DNA of 64,000 bases from Macrostomum lignano (taxonomy: Eukaryota): contig NIVC01002567.1 of the NCBI GenBank assembly GCA_002269645.1, positions 62,001 to 126,000 of the forward strand, read 5' to 3'. Below are positions 28,141 to 40,251 of the stretch, piece after piece. Positions within the stretch are counted from its first letter, which is position 1; every line of letters begins with the position of its first letter. Below the pieces are notes generated by a model. That model was not told the origin of the DNA. It made no database searches and saw only the letters and a program-made list of their open reading frames with translations. A program made the position numbers and the translations under genes.

Positions 28141-31100
28141 TCTTGTAATTTGTAGTTGTATCTTGATGGCAGATGTCACATTGACTGACACTGTGCCACT
28201 AGTCATTATTTCTGTGTATTCATTTAGACCCTATGACACCAGAATGCTTCTTTTTTATAAATGCAAATAATGCTATTATAGTCCTAACTCCTAGTCATAG
28301 AACCAGTTTTGTACTTTCGTATAGAGACAACTTAATAAACATTTTGACTGTTTTTAGCTAGCATTCTACTTTTCAATTTGGCATTGACATAGGATGCCAA
28401 ATGGCACTATTTTTTGTTTATTAAATACTAATGTTGGGTGATTTGGATTAAGTTTGTCTTTTAATTATTTATTGACATTAAAGCCTTTGCCTTCTAAGGC
28501 AGGAAGCTAAATGCCTAAGCAAGCTAGGCCTAGGCCTACTAGCCACGCTTTGCCGTGATGTATTTTGTCTTTTCATTTTAGGCAAGAATTATGGTAATCC
28601 TACTTTGGTGATAGTCAGTTTGGTAGGCCTAACATCCATTTTGGTGACAAATAATGTGTGTATTATTTCACATTTAAACTAAATTAAATCTCTAGATTGG
28701 TCACTTGTAATTTGATGCCTTGCTTAAATAGGTCAATTTTAAAAAGGAAGTATGCTACTTGTCTTATTTAAAGTAAGGTGTTTCTAAGAAAAAGATGTAT
28801 ATGAGGTATGTGTAGAGAAATGGAAATATAATTTGAACTCAACTTGACATTAGCTGACACCAACTGTGGGGTGGTTTAATTTTGAATTGCCGTCAACATT
28901 GAGTTTGCATGTATTAGATCCAGAAAATTGCATTGACAAATCTCAATGAAATTTCTCCTGGTACTCTGGCTGCCAAGGTCCTCAATTCTAGGGAGGGTAG
29001 TTTTAGTTGTAGGTGAGTGGTCCTAGTTTGGTGCAAGCATTCAGATGTGGGTCCTCAGACACCAAATTAATGTACCTTGTATGTTTGTCTCGTTACTAAT
29101 AGTAGAGTAGCGCTGCCACCACTGTAATTTGCATATTATGGAATGTTGAAGTCTCAGAGCTTTCTTTAAGTTAAGACAGGGTTATTTTATGCCCTATGGG
29201 CAAAAGACTTAAGTTAAACTATGGCTCTTAATTCCAATAATACACCAAAGAAACAAAGTTGTTGCTTATTTATTGGCATACATGTGCAACCTCCAAAATT
29301 CGGTCAGCCATGCGACTTAGTTGTAACAAAATGCGACATAGTTTTTGGCCAAAAATGCAACTTACATGTAAGAAAACCATTAAGCAAAATTAACGCAACT
29401 TTGGGTAAACGGCAAGCGTAACTATGACTGTCCTATTTAGTCAAAATGCCTCATCAGCTAATTAGTACTACTACTAGGGTATTTTAGGTGGGCATTTTTG
29501 CAACTTCCTTGGTTGGCTGCCAAATTGGTTGGCCGAATCGGCCAACTTGGCCGACTGTTGCGCATGTATGTTTATTGGTGTCCAACAAAGTTATTATTTT
29601 GTACACAAGAGAGTCAACTCGATGATCAAATGAATAAGGGTGCCACAGTGCGGGCTCTAAACTAATTAAAACTTAAGTCACAGCTGGTTGAGCACAGATT
29701 AAAAAGAATTTAAGTTAGCAATATTAAGTTGTTTGAGTTAAGGGAAAGAAAGGGTAGAGGAGGAAGAGGAAGAGAGAGGTCCGTGTTTGGGGTTCAAGAC
29801 AGGAGCAGAGGGCGGAGTTATATATATACCAAAATGCAAAAAGTGGCCAATGTAGCTTAGAAAATGGGAAGGGGCAAGAACACCAGGGCCCAAAGTGTGG
29901 CAAAAGAAAAACTCCATAGAAGAGCATAGAAAAAAACTAAATATCTAGAAAAGGGACATACAAAACCAGAAAATAGGACAGTTAAATCAGAAAAAGGGCA
30001 AAAATTACATCATAGCTTGTGCCAGGGGGTGGACAAGTAGGACCTGAAATTAGGGCAAACATAAATCAAAAGTCCATGAAATGTTTTTATAAAAAATCAA
30101 ATTGTTAGTTTCATAGTGGTAATTCCAACTACCACATATATTTAATTTTTTTCAAGATTCGTTTTCAAAGCAAAGTGCTTCTCAGAAACATGCTATTTAC
30201 TTTTAAACTTCCTTATTTTATCAAAAATATAACTTGTCAAAAGCTTATAAAATAAAAAAAAAATACTTTGTGGTTGGATAGTCAACTTTGAGCTCTTGCT
30301 TAATGTCTTATAGTATTTCAAGTGCCAATAGACAAAGAGTTTTTAAATGTGGCATCCATTGCCAGCTTCTTTGATATAGTTTAGAAATTGATTTTATTGT
30401 TAATTATTGTCACTCTTGTTCTATACTCCGGATCATGTAGTTGTAGTATATGCCTGAATTGGCCAAAAATTTGGGCATATATTGGCCTTGCATACCAAAA
30501 GTAGGCGTGCACAGTTGGCATGCATTACTCCTAAGAAAATAGTATGGTGCACACCTAGCATGCACTTTATAGAATCACGCAGAAGAGTCATTGTGAAGTA
30601 GATAAAAAGATAGAAAAAGTTCATTTTTAAGTATATATTTCAAAATTTCTCTTTTTTTAAACCTCATAATAAAGCATTTAAACAAGTTTTTGCATGTAAT
30701 TTTACTGTTATAAATAGTATTGCCAAAAAAGCATTAAAATTAACTAAATTATGTGCCAAATAGGATCTATTGTGCAATTAAAAAGGGATTTATTGTTGTG
30801 CCAACTAGGATCTATTGCGCAATTAAAAAGGTCATATATTGTTGCAAAACTGGCAAAGTTCTGAGAATGGGCATGCACTCAATTTTTTTGGCATGAATTT
30901 ATTATTATTTAATTTTTGTTTGGGCATGCACCCAGCATGATCTGGACTATGGCTCTTATTACAACCCCTCTCTAATTTATACCAGCCATGCAACTTACTT
31001 TTTGACCAAAAATGTGACTTACCTATGAAAGAAACCTAAGCAAAAACTAATATAACTTTGGGTAAACAGCAAGAGTAACTATGACTAAATTTTTGGGTGG

Positions 31101-31549
31101 GCATTTTTGCAACTTACCTCGGCTGGGTCCCTCACTAGCCAGCCAGGTGTTGCACATGTATAACTTTTATACACTGTTATTTCACTTATTGTAAAGTAAG
31201 GGTTTAAATTAGACTTATTAGACAAAGTTGGCCTAAACACATGTTTATGCTTATGATAAAAATTACCTATCTAGACATGCTTGGGTGCAACCTAGGGATT
31301 CACCCGGCCGTTTCTATTGGCAACACACACATGTAAGTCGCTATTGGCTGAGAGCAGTCACGTGAGAGCAGTGATCACGTGAGATTCCCAAGGTTGCGCA
31401 TGTATGTATCTAGATGGAATAACACACTATGCTATTGCTACAATATTGCAATTAAATAGTGCATAAGCATATAGGCTTATGATTAGGCCACTGAAATATT
31501 TGTAGCATTAATTTTTTCCTGTTTTTGTACTTGCTATCTAACTCTCCAG

Positions 31550-34500
31550 GCTGCCACTGAACCAGCCACAGTGCAGGCGCTGCGTGTCAGCCAGCTGGAG
31601 GCCGATGACCTTGATGAGGACATGACAGCCCTGCTGGCTGACCGGATTCTGGACGCCCTGAGCCTGGTGCAGCCATTAGTTTCCGATTGGTCTGTCGAGC
31701 TGAGGTCGGCAGTTCGATTCCTGCTATGTGGCGCCATGCTGTGCGGCACCAGCGGGCCTGCCGCGACTTTTGGTGCCAAACTGTACGGACTGGAACTGCT
31801 GACGGCCCGAGCAGCTGGTGGCTACGCGACTCGGTTGAAATTCTTGACAGCCCTGTGTCTGGTTGGCTACTGGCGGGACTGGCTGAGGCTGAGGCAGGCC
31901 GTGAGTCTCCAGTCTTTGTTCAGAGTAGTTTGTGGGATTGTGCTCAAAACCTGGCCGTGAGTCTCCAGTCTTTGTTCAGAGTAGTTTGTTGGATTGTGCT
32001 CAAAACCTGGCCATGAGTCTCCAGACTTTGTTCAGAGTAGTTTGTGGGATTGTGCTCAAAACCTGGCCGTGAGTCTCTGTTATGTTTTAAGTCAAGGCGA
32101 GTGTGTGCGAGCTACGAAACGCTTAAAGCCAGCGATGGGCAGAGAGCCGATATATATATTATTGTTTAGTCAAGTGCAGTGAGCAATGTACATTGTACGC
32201 GTCAATGGGGGACTGGGGGCAGGTGCACTGAGAGAGAAAGAGAAAGACTGCACGTCGGCTAGCCAGTATCGATCATTACACAACACCTCCTTACATTGAA
32301 AAGTACGAATATAATGGCACGAAAATAGTAGAACGAATATAGTAGCACGAATAGAGTCGCACGAAAACAGTTGAATGGGGAAAAATAAAAACATTGAAAT
32401 ATTTTACGATCATATGGAACAATACAATATTAATGTTGAAAAATATCATTTTAGACCGCTTTTTAAATCGCACGCTTGAGCAGCAAAGGCAACACATCAA
32501 CTTCTGCCATACCTCCTTTCACCAAAATTGTAGAAACTTAAAAAGAGCTTTCAGTTCCTTTAAATTCAGTCAACAGTCAGTTTTCACACAAAAGTTCACC
32601 ACGAGGCCTGGTACCTCTGCGGCTGATGGACAAGCCGACCTCGCTTGGTCCGGAACCCAGAGTCGTCCGAGCTTGAGCACGGTTGCACAGATGCCGGCTG
32701 CTCAGCTGGCTGCACTGGCTCTGCAGGCTGCTCTGTCGCGGGTTGCACGGCCGGTTGCACGGCCGGTTGCACGGGTGCCTGCTGGTCGTCCGCCTCCGAC
32801 AGATTGACATCCTCATCAGCCACTGCCACTGGGTAGCTTTCATGGGATGGCACGCCGATCTCACGTGGCCTGATAAACCGCCGGTTGCGCCTGAGCAGCT
32901 GGCCCGACTCCGTGCGAAGCCAGTACGACCGCGGGCTGCCGTCCACCTCGCTGTCGACCTCGGCAGCCACCCAGTTCCGACGATCGCACTGAAGCCAGAC
33001 CGGCTCGCCGACCTCCAAGCGTCGAAGTGCGCGCGCACCGCGGTTGTAGAGCTGAGCTGCCCGGGTCCGCTCCTTCTGGAATGCTTCGATGCTGGCATGC
33101 ACGTAGGTCTCCCGAGGCCGCAGATCTTGCACCGTTGTCGGCAGGTCGCACCGCAGTTTCCGGCCAAACGCCATTTCCGCCGGGCTGGGGAAGCCGCTGC
33201 CGACCGGCGTGTTGCGATAGTGCAAAAGTAGCGGTGAAATTTCTTGCAGCCGTACACAATAGCCAGGAGCTCCTTCTCAATCTGCGCGTATGCCTGCTGA
33301 GCTTTAGTCATGGCTGATGAAGCGAACTCAACCGGACGGTCCTCTTGGAGTAGCACAGCACCGATGCCGCTCTTGCAGGCATCCACAGACACGGTGACTG
33401 GCTTGCTGACGTCAAATGTGGCCAAAACCCTGTTAGAACACAGCTCCGTGATGATCGAGTCGTACGCCTCGTCGTGCTGATGCGTCCAGCTCCAAATGAC
33501 GTCTTTCTTGAGCAGGTGTCTAAGCGGCTCTGCAGTAGCGGAAAGATGAGGACAAAACTTGGCCAGGTACGTCACACAGCCGAGAAATCGCCTTAGCTGC
33601 TCCTTCTTCGAAGTGAGACCTTCAAAATCATTCGGCCGGATCATTTCTTTGATGGCTTTGACCTTCATTGGATCTGCTCGCAACCCTTCCGAGCTGAGCA
33701 CATCGCCTAGGTAGTTGAGCTCTTGGACACCGACTCGCATCTTCTGTGGGTTCAGTGTCACCTTGGCACGCTTGCACTGCTCCAGGAGCTCTCGCACAGC
33801 TTGGTCGTGCTCCTCGACTGTTCTTCCCCACACGATGATGTCGTCAAAGAAGTTCTTAGAGTTTCTCGCGTTGTTTGTGACGTTTTCTTCCATTCTCTTC
33901 TGGAAGACCTCGGGAATGGATGAGAGACCGTATGGAACTCGTTTCCAGCGATATCGGCCGAACGGGGTGTGGAACGTGGTCAGGAAGGAGCTTTCATCAT
34001 CGAGTTTTAATTGGTGAAAGCTCTCGTTCGCATCGAATGAGCTGTACAGGATGGCTCCAGCAGTCGCAGCTCGAACTTCCTCAGCGGTGGGGATCGGGTG
34101 GTACTCTCTGATGATGAACCTGTTCAGGTAGGTCGGATCTAGACACAGTCGCATCGAGCCGTCCTTCTTCCACACGATGGCCACATTGGAGACCCACTGC
34201 GTCGGTTCGTCGACTCGCGCTATCGTTCCTTCCTTCTCCAGTCTCTCCAGCTCGCACTTCAGAGGTTGATACGCAGCAAATGGCACCTTGCGAGGAGGCT
34301 GCACCTTAGGCACTGCGTTGTCCGACAGTTGAATGGCGTATGGCTGCTTCATGCAACCAACGCCGTTGAATACTTCTGGGAAGCTGGCCTTTAACTGGCT
34401 GGAGTTCAGTTCCGATAACTGCTGCTTGCTCACCTTGCTGATGCTGCTTGGACTCTGCTGCAACGAGAGCAGCTTCTTGACCAGCTGCAGCTCCTCAATC

Positions 34501-36802
34501 GCTGACTTCCAGCCGATGATGGGCGTGGAGTTCTCGCCGACAACAACAAACTGCAGTCGGGCATTCTTCCGGCAGGGCGAAGACACAGTCAAGTACGTGA
34601 TGCCGACCACGTCCAGCAGCTGCTTGTTGTACGTTGTCAGAGTCCAGGATGTCGGCTCAATCGATGCTGCAGGGGCGAGCTGGATCAGCCGGTTCAGAGG
34701 GATCACGTTGACGTCCGCACCGGTGTCCACCTTGAACTGCAGCTTTCTTCCAGAGTCCGTGACAGTCAGGCACACCATCATCGCCGAGCTGTCGGTTTGC
34801 GCCTTGGTTCGAGCACCTGGCTGTTCCACGGTCATGATTGCTGCAGCCGGGCCATCACCTGCGGACTCGGTCTCGGTGTTCTCCACCAGCTCGTTGACCT
34901 TCTTAGCTGAGCGGCACACGGACGAGAAATGGTTTGCGCGACCACAGTTATTGCAGGTCTTACCGAATGCCGGGCACTTGCGCCGCTCATGCTGCTGTCC
35001 GCAGAAGCCGCAACTGCGAGCCGACTTGGCATTGCTGGCGGGCTGCGACCGGCTAGTTCAGCCTTGAACTGCCTCGACGGACGCTGGCGCGGGTGCAGGC
35101 GTTGCTCGGCTGATCTGCGCTGTGGCCAGGGTTCGAGCCTGCCGCTTCGAAGTCCCCGACGCTCGACCCATCTGGATGGCGCGGTCCAGCGTCAGCTTTG
35201 TCTCGCGGAGAAGCCTCTCCCTCAGAGCTGGGTCGTTCGCACCGATGACGATCTGATCTCGAATGACGCTGTTCTCGATGGTCTCCTTGTTCGCTGGCTC
35301 GCTGTAGTTGCATCGCTTCATGAGCTGGCGAAGTGAGCCGACGAATTGGTCGAAGTCCTCAGCTTCTCCTTGCACTCTTGTTCGAAGCTGGTAGCGCTCA
35401 AAGGTCTCATTCGACAGAGGCTCGCAGTACTCTTGGAACGCACTCTTTGCAGCTGCGTACGTTGCTACTTGGTCTGCAGAAAACGTGGAGAATACGTCCT
35501 GTCCATCGGATCCCAGCGCGGTCAGGAGAACAGCGATCTTCACTTCTTCACTTTCTTCAGTCCTCTTCGTAGCTTTCATGTAGAAATCAAATGCACTGAT
35601 CCATCGCCTCCAGTTGTCTGCCCTATTGGTGTCAAAAATCATGGGCTCTGGCGGCCTCAATCCATCCATGCTGGCTTGCTAGAAAGTTTAGACTTGCGAC
35701 GCCATGTTATGTTGGAAGTCAAGGCGAGTGTGTGCGAGCTACGAAACGCTTAAAGCCAGCGATGGGCAGAGAGCCGATATATATATTATTGTTTAGTCAA
35801 GTGCAGTGAGCAATGTACATTGTACGCGTCAATGGGGGACTGGGGGCAGGTGCACTGAGAGAGAAAGAGAAAGACTGCACGTCGGCTAGCCAGCATCGAT
35901 CATTACACAACAGTCTCCAGTCTTTGTTCAGAGTAGTTTGTTGGATTGTGCTCAAAACCTGGCCGTGAGTCTCCAGTCTTTGTTCAGAGTAGTTTGTTGG
36001 ATTGTGCTCAAAACCTGGCCGTGAGTCTCCAGTCTTTGTTCAGAGTAGTTTGTGGGATTGTGCTCAAAACCTGGCCGTGAGTCTCCAGTCTTTGTTCAGA
36101 GTAGTTTATTGGATTGTGCTCAGGAGTCAGCGCTTGATGTGGTTCAATGTCGTCGAAGGGCATTGAATTAGGGTGTCCGCAGCCCCCGGGGTGTGGATTC
36201 TATACTTTGCTTGTAGATTTCGGATACGGTGGGCTCCATTTCTCAAATGTACTTTAAATGTGGCATTCACACCTGTTCAGAATGCACGCGGCAGCAGCAG
36301 CGGTGCCGCCAGCGTCTCGCTCTCAGCTCTATCCGGTGTACTGAGCCTGCTGGAGCTGGCCAACCTCCTGGCCTTCCTGCGGCACGGCCGCCGGGTCAGC
36401 CTGGTCCACCGGTTGCTGGGCGCCCGCTGGGGCCACCCGCCGGGCCCGCCTAGGCTGTACCAGCCTGCGGCATTCGCATTCGTCGATCGGGAGCTGGTCT
36501 GGCACAGCTTCGCCGAGTTGGCCGACGCCGCCACCGGCGCCATTGCCGATGCTCGCCGATTCATTTCCGGTAGACGCGACTACGACTGTGACGGCTCGTC
36601 TGGTGCCGCTTCCGGTAGTCCAGGCGGCTGCAGGCTGTGCGGTCAGGAGGCCTGTCTGCCCACTCTGTGCAGCAGCGACTGCCGCTGCGGACCCTGCTGC
36701 TACTTCTGCCTGGCTGCCAGCCTGCCCTACTCCTGCCCGACCTGCCCTGCCGCTGCCCGCACCGTGGCCGACCTGGTGCTGGCGTGCGGTCCATCGGAGT
36801 GA
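31550..36802 (+). CDS. PEX2: Peroxisome biogenesis factor 2 (RING peroxin); exons 31550-31900 and 36281-36802, first exon not located
   Basis: LRVSQLEADDLD, ATFGAKLYGL, LELANLLAFLRHGRRVSLVHRLLG, AFVDRELVWHSFAE, C-terminal CRLC...CYFC...CPTC RING. Phase-0 GT-AG intron. Confidence 0.9.
32078..35912 (-). mobile_element. Ty3/gypsy LTR retrotransposon, internally deleted
   Basis: 208-bp TG...CA LTRs at 32078-32285 and 35705-35912 (3 mismatches seen), 5-bp TSD GTCTC, PBS-like TGGCGTCGCAAG, PPT AAGGAGG. Confidence 0.97.
32596..35669 (-). pseudogene. gag-pol of the gypsy element (gag, zinc knuckles, protease, RT, truncated RNase H, integrase C-terminal remnant)
   Basis: Gag NWRRWISAF; in-frame TGA at 35058-35060; CGFCGQQH and CNNCGRANH knuckles; VDTGA; FFDDII; DACKSGIGAVLLQ...YAQIEKELLAIVYG; frameshifted join to LHYRNTP near 33228. 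Confidence 0.93.
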
Positions 36803-36887
36803 CGGGCGTCAGTTCTCTCTCCGTCTGTGCTGGCCTTTATTGTGTTCTTAGTGCTGCTTCGCTCTCAGGGAGGTAGGCGATGCATCT

Positions 36888-39370
36888 TTCCCAGATCCTC
36901 GGTTGGAAGTTGCCACCCTCCCAGATCCTCAGTTGGAGGATTTCACACTCCCAGATCCTCAGTTAGAGGATTCCACACTCACAGATCCTCAGTTAGAAGC
37001 TGCTACACTCCCAGATCCTCAGTTGGAAGTTGCCACCCTCCCAGATCCTCAGTTGGAGGATTCCACACTCACAGATCCTCAGTTGGAAGCTGCTACACTC
37101 CCAGATCCTCATTTGGAGGATTCCACACTCTCAGATCCTCAGTTGGAGGATTCCACACTCCTAGCTCCTGAGCTGAAAGCTGCCGCCCTCCCAGATACTC
37201 AGGCTTAGTCCTTCTAGCAATGCTCTATTGTGCTTAAAATACTCGTAGTGGACTCTCAGTTAAGAGTCTAGCAGCACTATTTGCTATGTCCATCACTGCC
37301 AGTTTGTCAGTATTTGTCTGCCAGTCTATTTGTTCGCCTGTGCCTACTGAAGCATTAGTAGTACTCTCATATGTGAGGCATTTTTTATCGTAAAATCCAC
37401 CAGTTAATTTTGCAGCAATAGAAAGTATTCTAAATTAGAATATTAGTTTGCTGATTGCGAAGTATCCTGTTCTGCTCTACCATGTCCTCAGTAATGCATA
37501 TTCTTGTCACTCATAGCGCAGTCATTTTGATTTGAAATAAACATCTTCGCATCGATATTATCTGCTTGTCTTTAGCAAAAAAATTTGACTGATTAAACAA
37601 TTTTCAACATGTAAGCAAGAATTGACTTACTGATATATATATTATAGTAGACGGGAGAACCTTGCCATATCCTCTGTTGCTGAGCCAGTCTCCCAGATCC
37701 TCAATTGGGCAGCCAGTCTCCCAGATCCTCAGTTGGGCAGCCAGTCTCCCAGATCCTCAGTTGGGCAGCCAGTCTCCCAGATCCTCAGTTGGGCAGCCAG
37801 TCTCCCAGATCCTCAGTTGGGCAGCCAGTCTCCCAGATCCTCAGTTGGGCAGCCAGTCTCCCAGATCCTCAGTTGCTGGACCAGTCTCCCAGATCCTCAG
37901 TTGGGCAGCCAGCCTCCCAGATCCTCAGTTGCTGGGCCAGCCTCCCAGAACCTCAGTTGCTGGGCCAGCCTCCCAGATCCTCAGTTGCTGGGCCAGCCTC
38001 CCAGAACCTCAGTTGCTGTGCCAGCCTCCCAGATCCTCAGTTGCTGGGCCAGCCTCCCAGATCCTCAGTTGCTGGGCCAGTCTCCCAGATCCTCAGTTGC
38101 TGGACCAGTCTCCCAGATCCTCAGTTGCTGGGCCAGCCTCCCAGATCCTCAGTTGCTGGACCAGTCTCCCAGATCCTCAGTTGGGCAGCCAGTCTCCCAG
38201 ATCCTCAGTTGCTGGACCAGTCTCCCAGATCCTCAGTTGGGCAGCCAGCCTCCCAGATCCTCAGTTGCTGGGCCAGCCTCCCAGATCCTCAGTTGCTGGG
38301 CCAGCCTCCCAGAACCTCAGTTGCTGGGCCAACCTCCCAGATCCTCAGTTGCTGGGCCTGGGTCAGTCTCCCAGATCCTCAGTTACTCGGCCAGCCTCCC
38401 AGATCCTCAGTTGCTCCTCCCAGAGTCAGTTGCTGGGCCAGCCTCCCAGATCCTCGGTTGCTAGGCCAGCCTCCCAGAGTCATCTGCTGGTCCAGCCTCC
38501 CAGAGTCAGCTGCTGGTCCAGCCTCTCAGAGTCAGTTGCTGGGCCAGTATCCCAGATCTCGGTTGCTGGGCCAGCCTCCCAGAGTCATCTGCTGGTCCAG
38601 CCTCCCAGAGTCATCTGCTGGGCCAGCCTCCCAGATCCTCAGTTGCTGGACCAGTCTCCCAGATCCTCAGTTGGGCAGCCAGTCTCCCAGATCCTCAGTT
38701 GCTGGACCAGTCTCCCAGATCCTCAGTTGGGCAGCCAGCCTCCCAGATCCTCAGTTGCTGGGCCAGCCTCCCAGATCCTCAGTTGCTGGGCCAGCCTCCC
38801 AGAACCTCAGTTGCTGGGCCAACCTCCCAGATCCTCAGTTGCTGGGCCTGGGTCAGTCTCCCAGATCCTCAGTTACTCGGCCAGCCTCCCAGATCCTCAG
38901 TTGCTCCTCCCAGAGTCAGTTGCTGGGCCAGCCTCCCAGATCCTCGGTTGCTAGGCCAGCCTCCCAGAGTCATCTGCTGGTCCAGCCTCCCAGAGTCAGC
39001 TGCTGGTCCAGCCTCTCAGAGTCAGTTGCTGGGCCAGTATCCCAGATCTCGGTTGCTGGGCCAGCCTCCCAGAGTCATCTGCTGGTCCAGCCTCCCAGAG
39101 TCATCTGCTGGTCCAGCCTCCCAGAGTCAGCTGCTGGGCCAGTATCCCAGATCTCGGTTGCTGGGCCAGCCTCCCAGAGTCATCTGCTGGTCCAGCCTCC
39201 CAGAGTCATCTGCTGGTCCAGCCTCCCAGAGTCATCTGCTGGTCCAGCCTCCCAGAGTCAGCTGCTGGTCCAGCCTCCCAGAGTCAGCTGCTGGTCCAGC
39301 CTCCCAGAGTCAGTTGCTGGGCCAGCCTCCCAGAGTCAGCTGCTAGTCCAGCCTCCCAGAGTCAGTTGCT
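36888..39370. repeat. CCCAGATCCTCAGTTG-core minisatellites (30-bp block 36888-37200; 28-bp and derived blocks 37680-39370)
   Basis: Shared 16-bp core; higher-order block duplications visible (e.g. GGGCCTGGGTCAGTC at about 38355 and 38845). Confidence 0.94.
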
Positions 39371-39470
39371 GGCCACCGCTGCCCTCCCATTTTCCTGTCA
39401 GCTTTCAAACCACCCTACTCGCTGCAATCAGGTCAGTAGTGCAGTGCGCACACAACCACCCATTGCAGAC

Positions 39471-39650
39471 ATGAAGCGGTACAAGTCCATCCCCAAGAAG
39501 CGCACCCGTCACGATCGGGAGGAGAAGCGGCGGGACCAGGCCACGCTGCCGAACCAGGTGGTGACCATTGTGCTGCCCACCCTGGTGCTCATCGTTCTCT
39601 TCGTTATTGTCTTCGTGTACTTTGCCTCGCAACCGGCAGCTGAGGCTTGA
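39471..39650 (+). CDS. SMCO4: Single-pass membrane and coiled-coil protein 4 homolog (59 aa)
   Basis: MKRYKSIPKKRTRHDREEKRRD...QVVTIVLPTLVLIVLFVIVFVYFASQP matches the basic N-terminus and TxVLPTL...VFVY transmembrane pattern of SMCO4. Acceptor-like TTGCAG sits 2 nt before the ATG. Confidence 0.8.
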   Translation: MKRYKSIPKKRTRHDREEKRRDQATLPNQVVTIVLPTLVLIVLFVIVFVYFASQPAAEA

Positions 39651-39892
39651 TCGAAAGGTCTAGCTAAGACATTGATATTAACAATTTACTCTTTCTGGAT
39701 AACAGTTAATGCGCTGCACTTTTAGTCCTGTCTGGTACGTACGCGTTTAGCGAATCTCTTGAACTTTGTCAGAATTTATAATTTGATTGATGGCTCTGCT
39801 GCTGTCTTGTCTAGTGCTATAAAACTGGATTTGTTGTCCACGGCGGGTTGCAATGTAACAGAAATATGGAGCCTGCAAGTTTCAGATTAAAC

Positions 39893-40251
39893 TTTTTTGT
39901 TAGAGGCAGGGGCTGTGTGCACCCTGGCGCACTTTAAGCGACATTGTCACACAACCGGCGAGAGGCGTTGCTGCCCATTCCGCAGACTCCCCTGAGCAGG
40001 CACACAAGCGCGCGGATACGTACGCAGTCATACGCACAGGCACACACTCACACAGGAGTGCACAGCAGCCCTGACTTTATTTATCGTTAGACATGTACAC
40101 TTCACTGTGCCTTGGGGGTTGTCCATCAAGGCCGTTAATTGCACGAGCAGAGCCAAGCCGAGATTCTAATTTAGCCCCAGATTAATGTGACTGCACTTGG
40201 AATCGAGCCTAAGCCGCTGGCTTCCCGCGCCAGACCACTAGGCTAAGCCCC
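39893..40251 (-). mobile_element. Second copy of the tRNA-derived SINE
   Basis: Reverse-complement homology to 22813-23173 along its full length, including B box and A-rich tail. Confidence 0.85.

Larger units (their letters stand above)
31901..36115. repeat. 56-bp intronic minisatellite interrupted by the LTR element
   Basis: Unit GTGAGTCTCCAGTCTTTGTTCAGAGTAGTTTGTGGGATTGTGCTCAAAACCTGGCC at 31901-32077 and 35913-36115. Confidence 0.93.

Noticed and set aside
24571-31500. Foreign or contaminant AT-rich insert
   Set aside because: It contains the in-phase first exon of ZIP9 with a canonical donor, so it is part of the host gene; a misjoin of haplotypes is still possible.
36903-37208. LPDPQLEDST decapeptide ORF
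   Set aside because: A 30-bp satellite downstream of the PEX2 stop; no ATG start or splice support.
37662-39474. Long ORFs (430 and 589 aa) of SQILSCWASLPDPQL repeats
   Set aside because: Translations of a 28-bp minisatellite; the same peptide cycles through all three frames.
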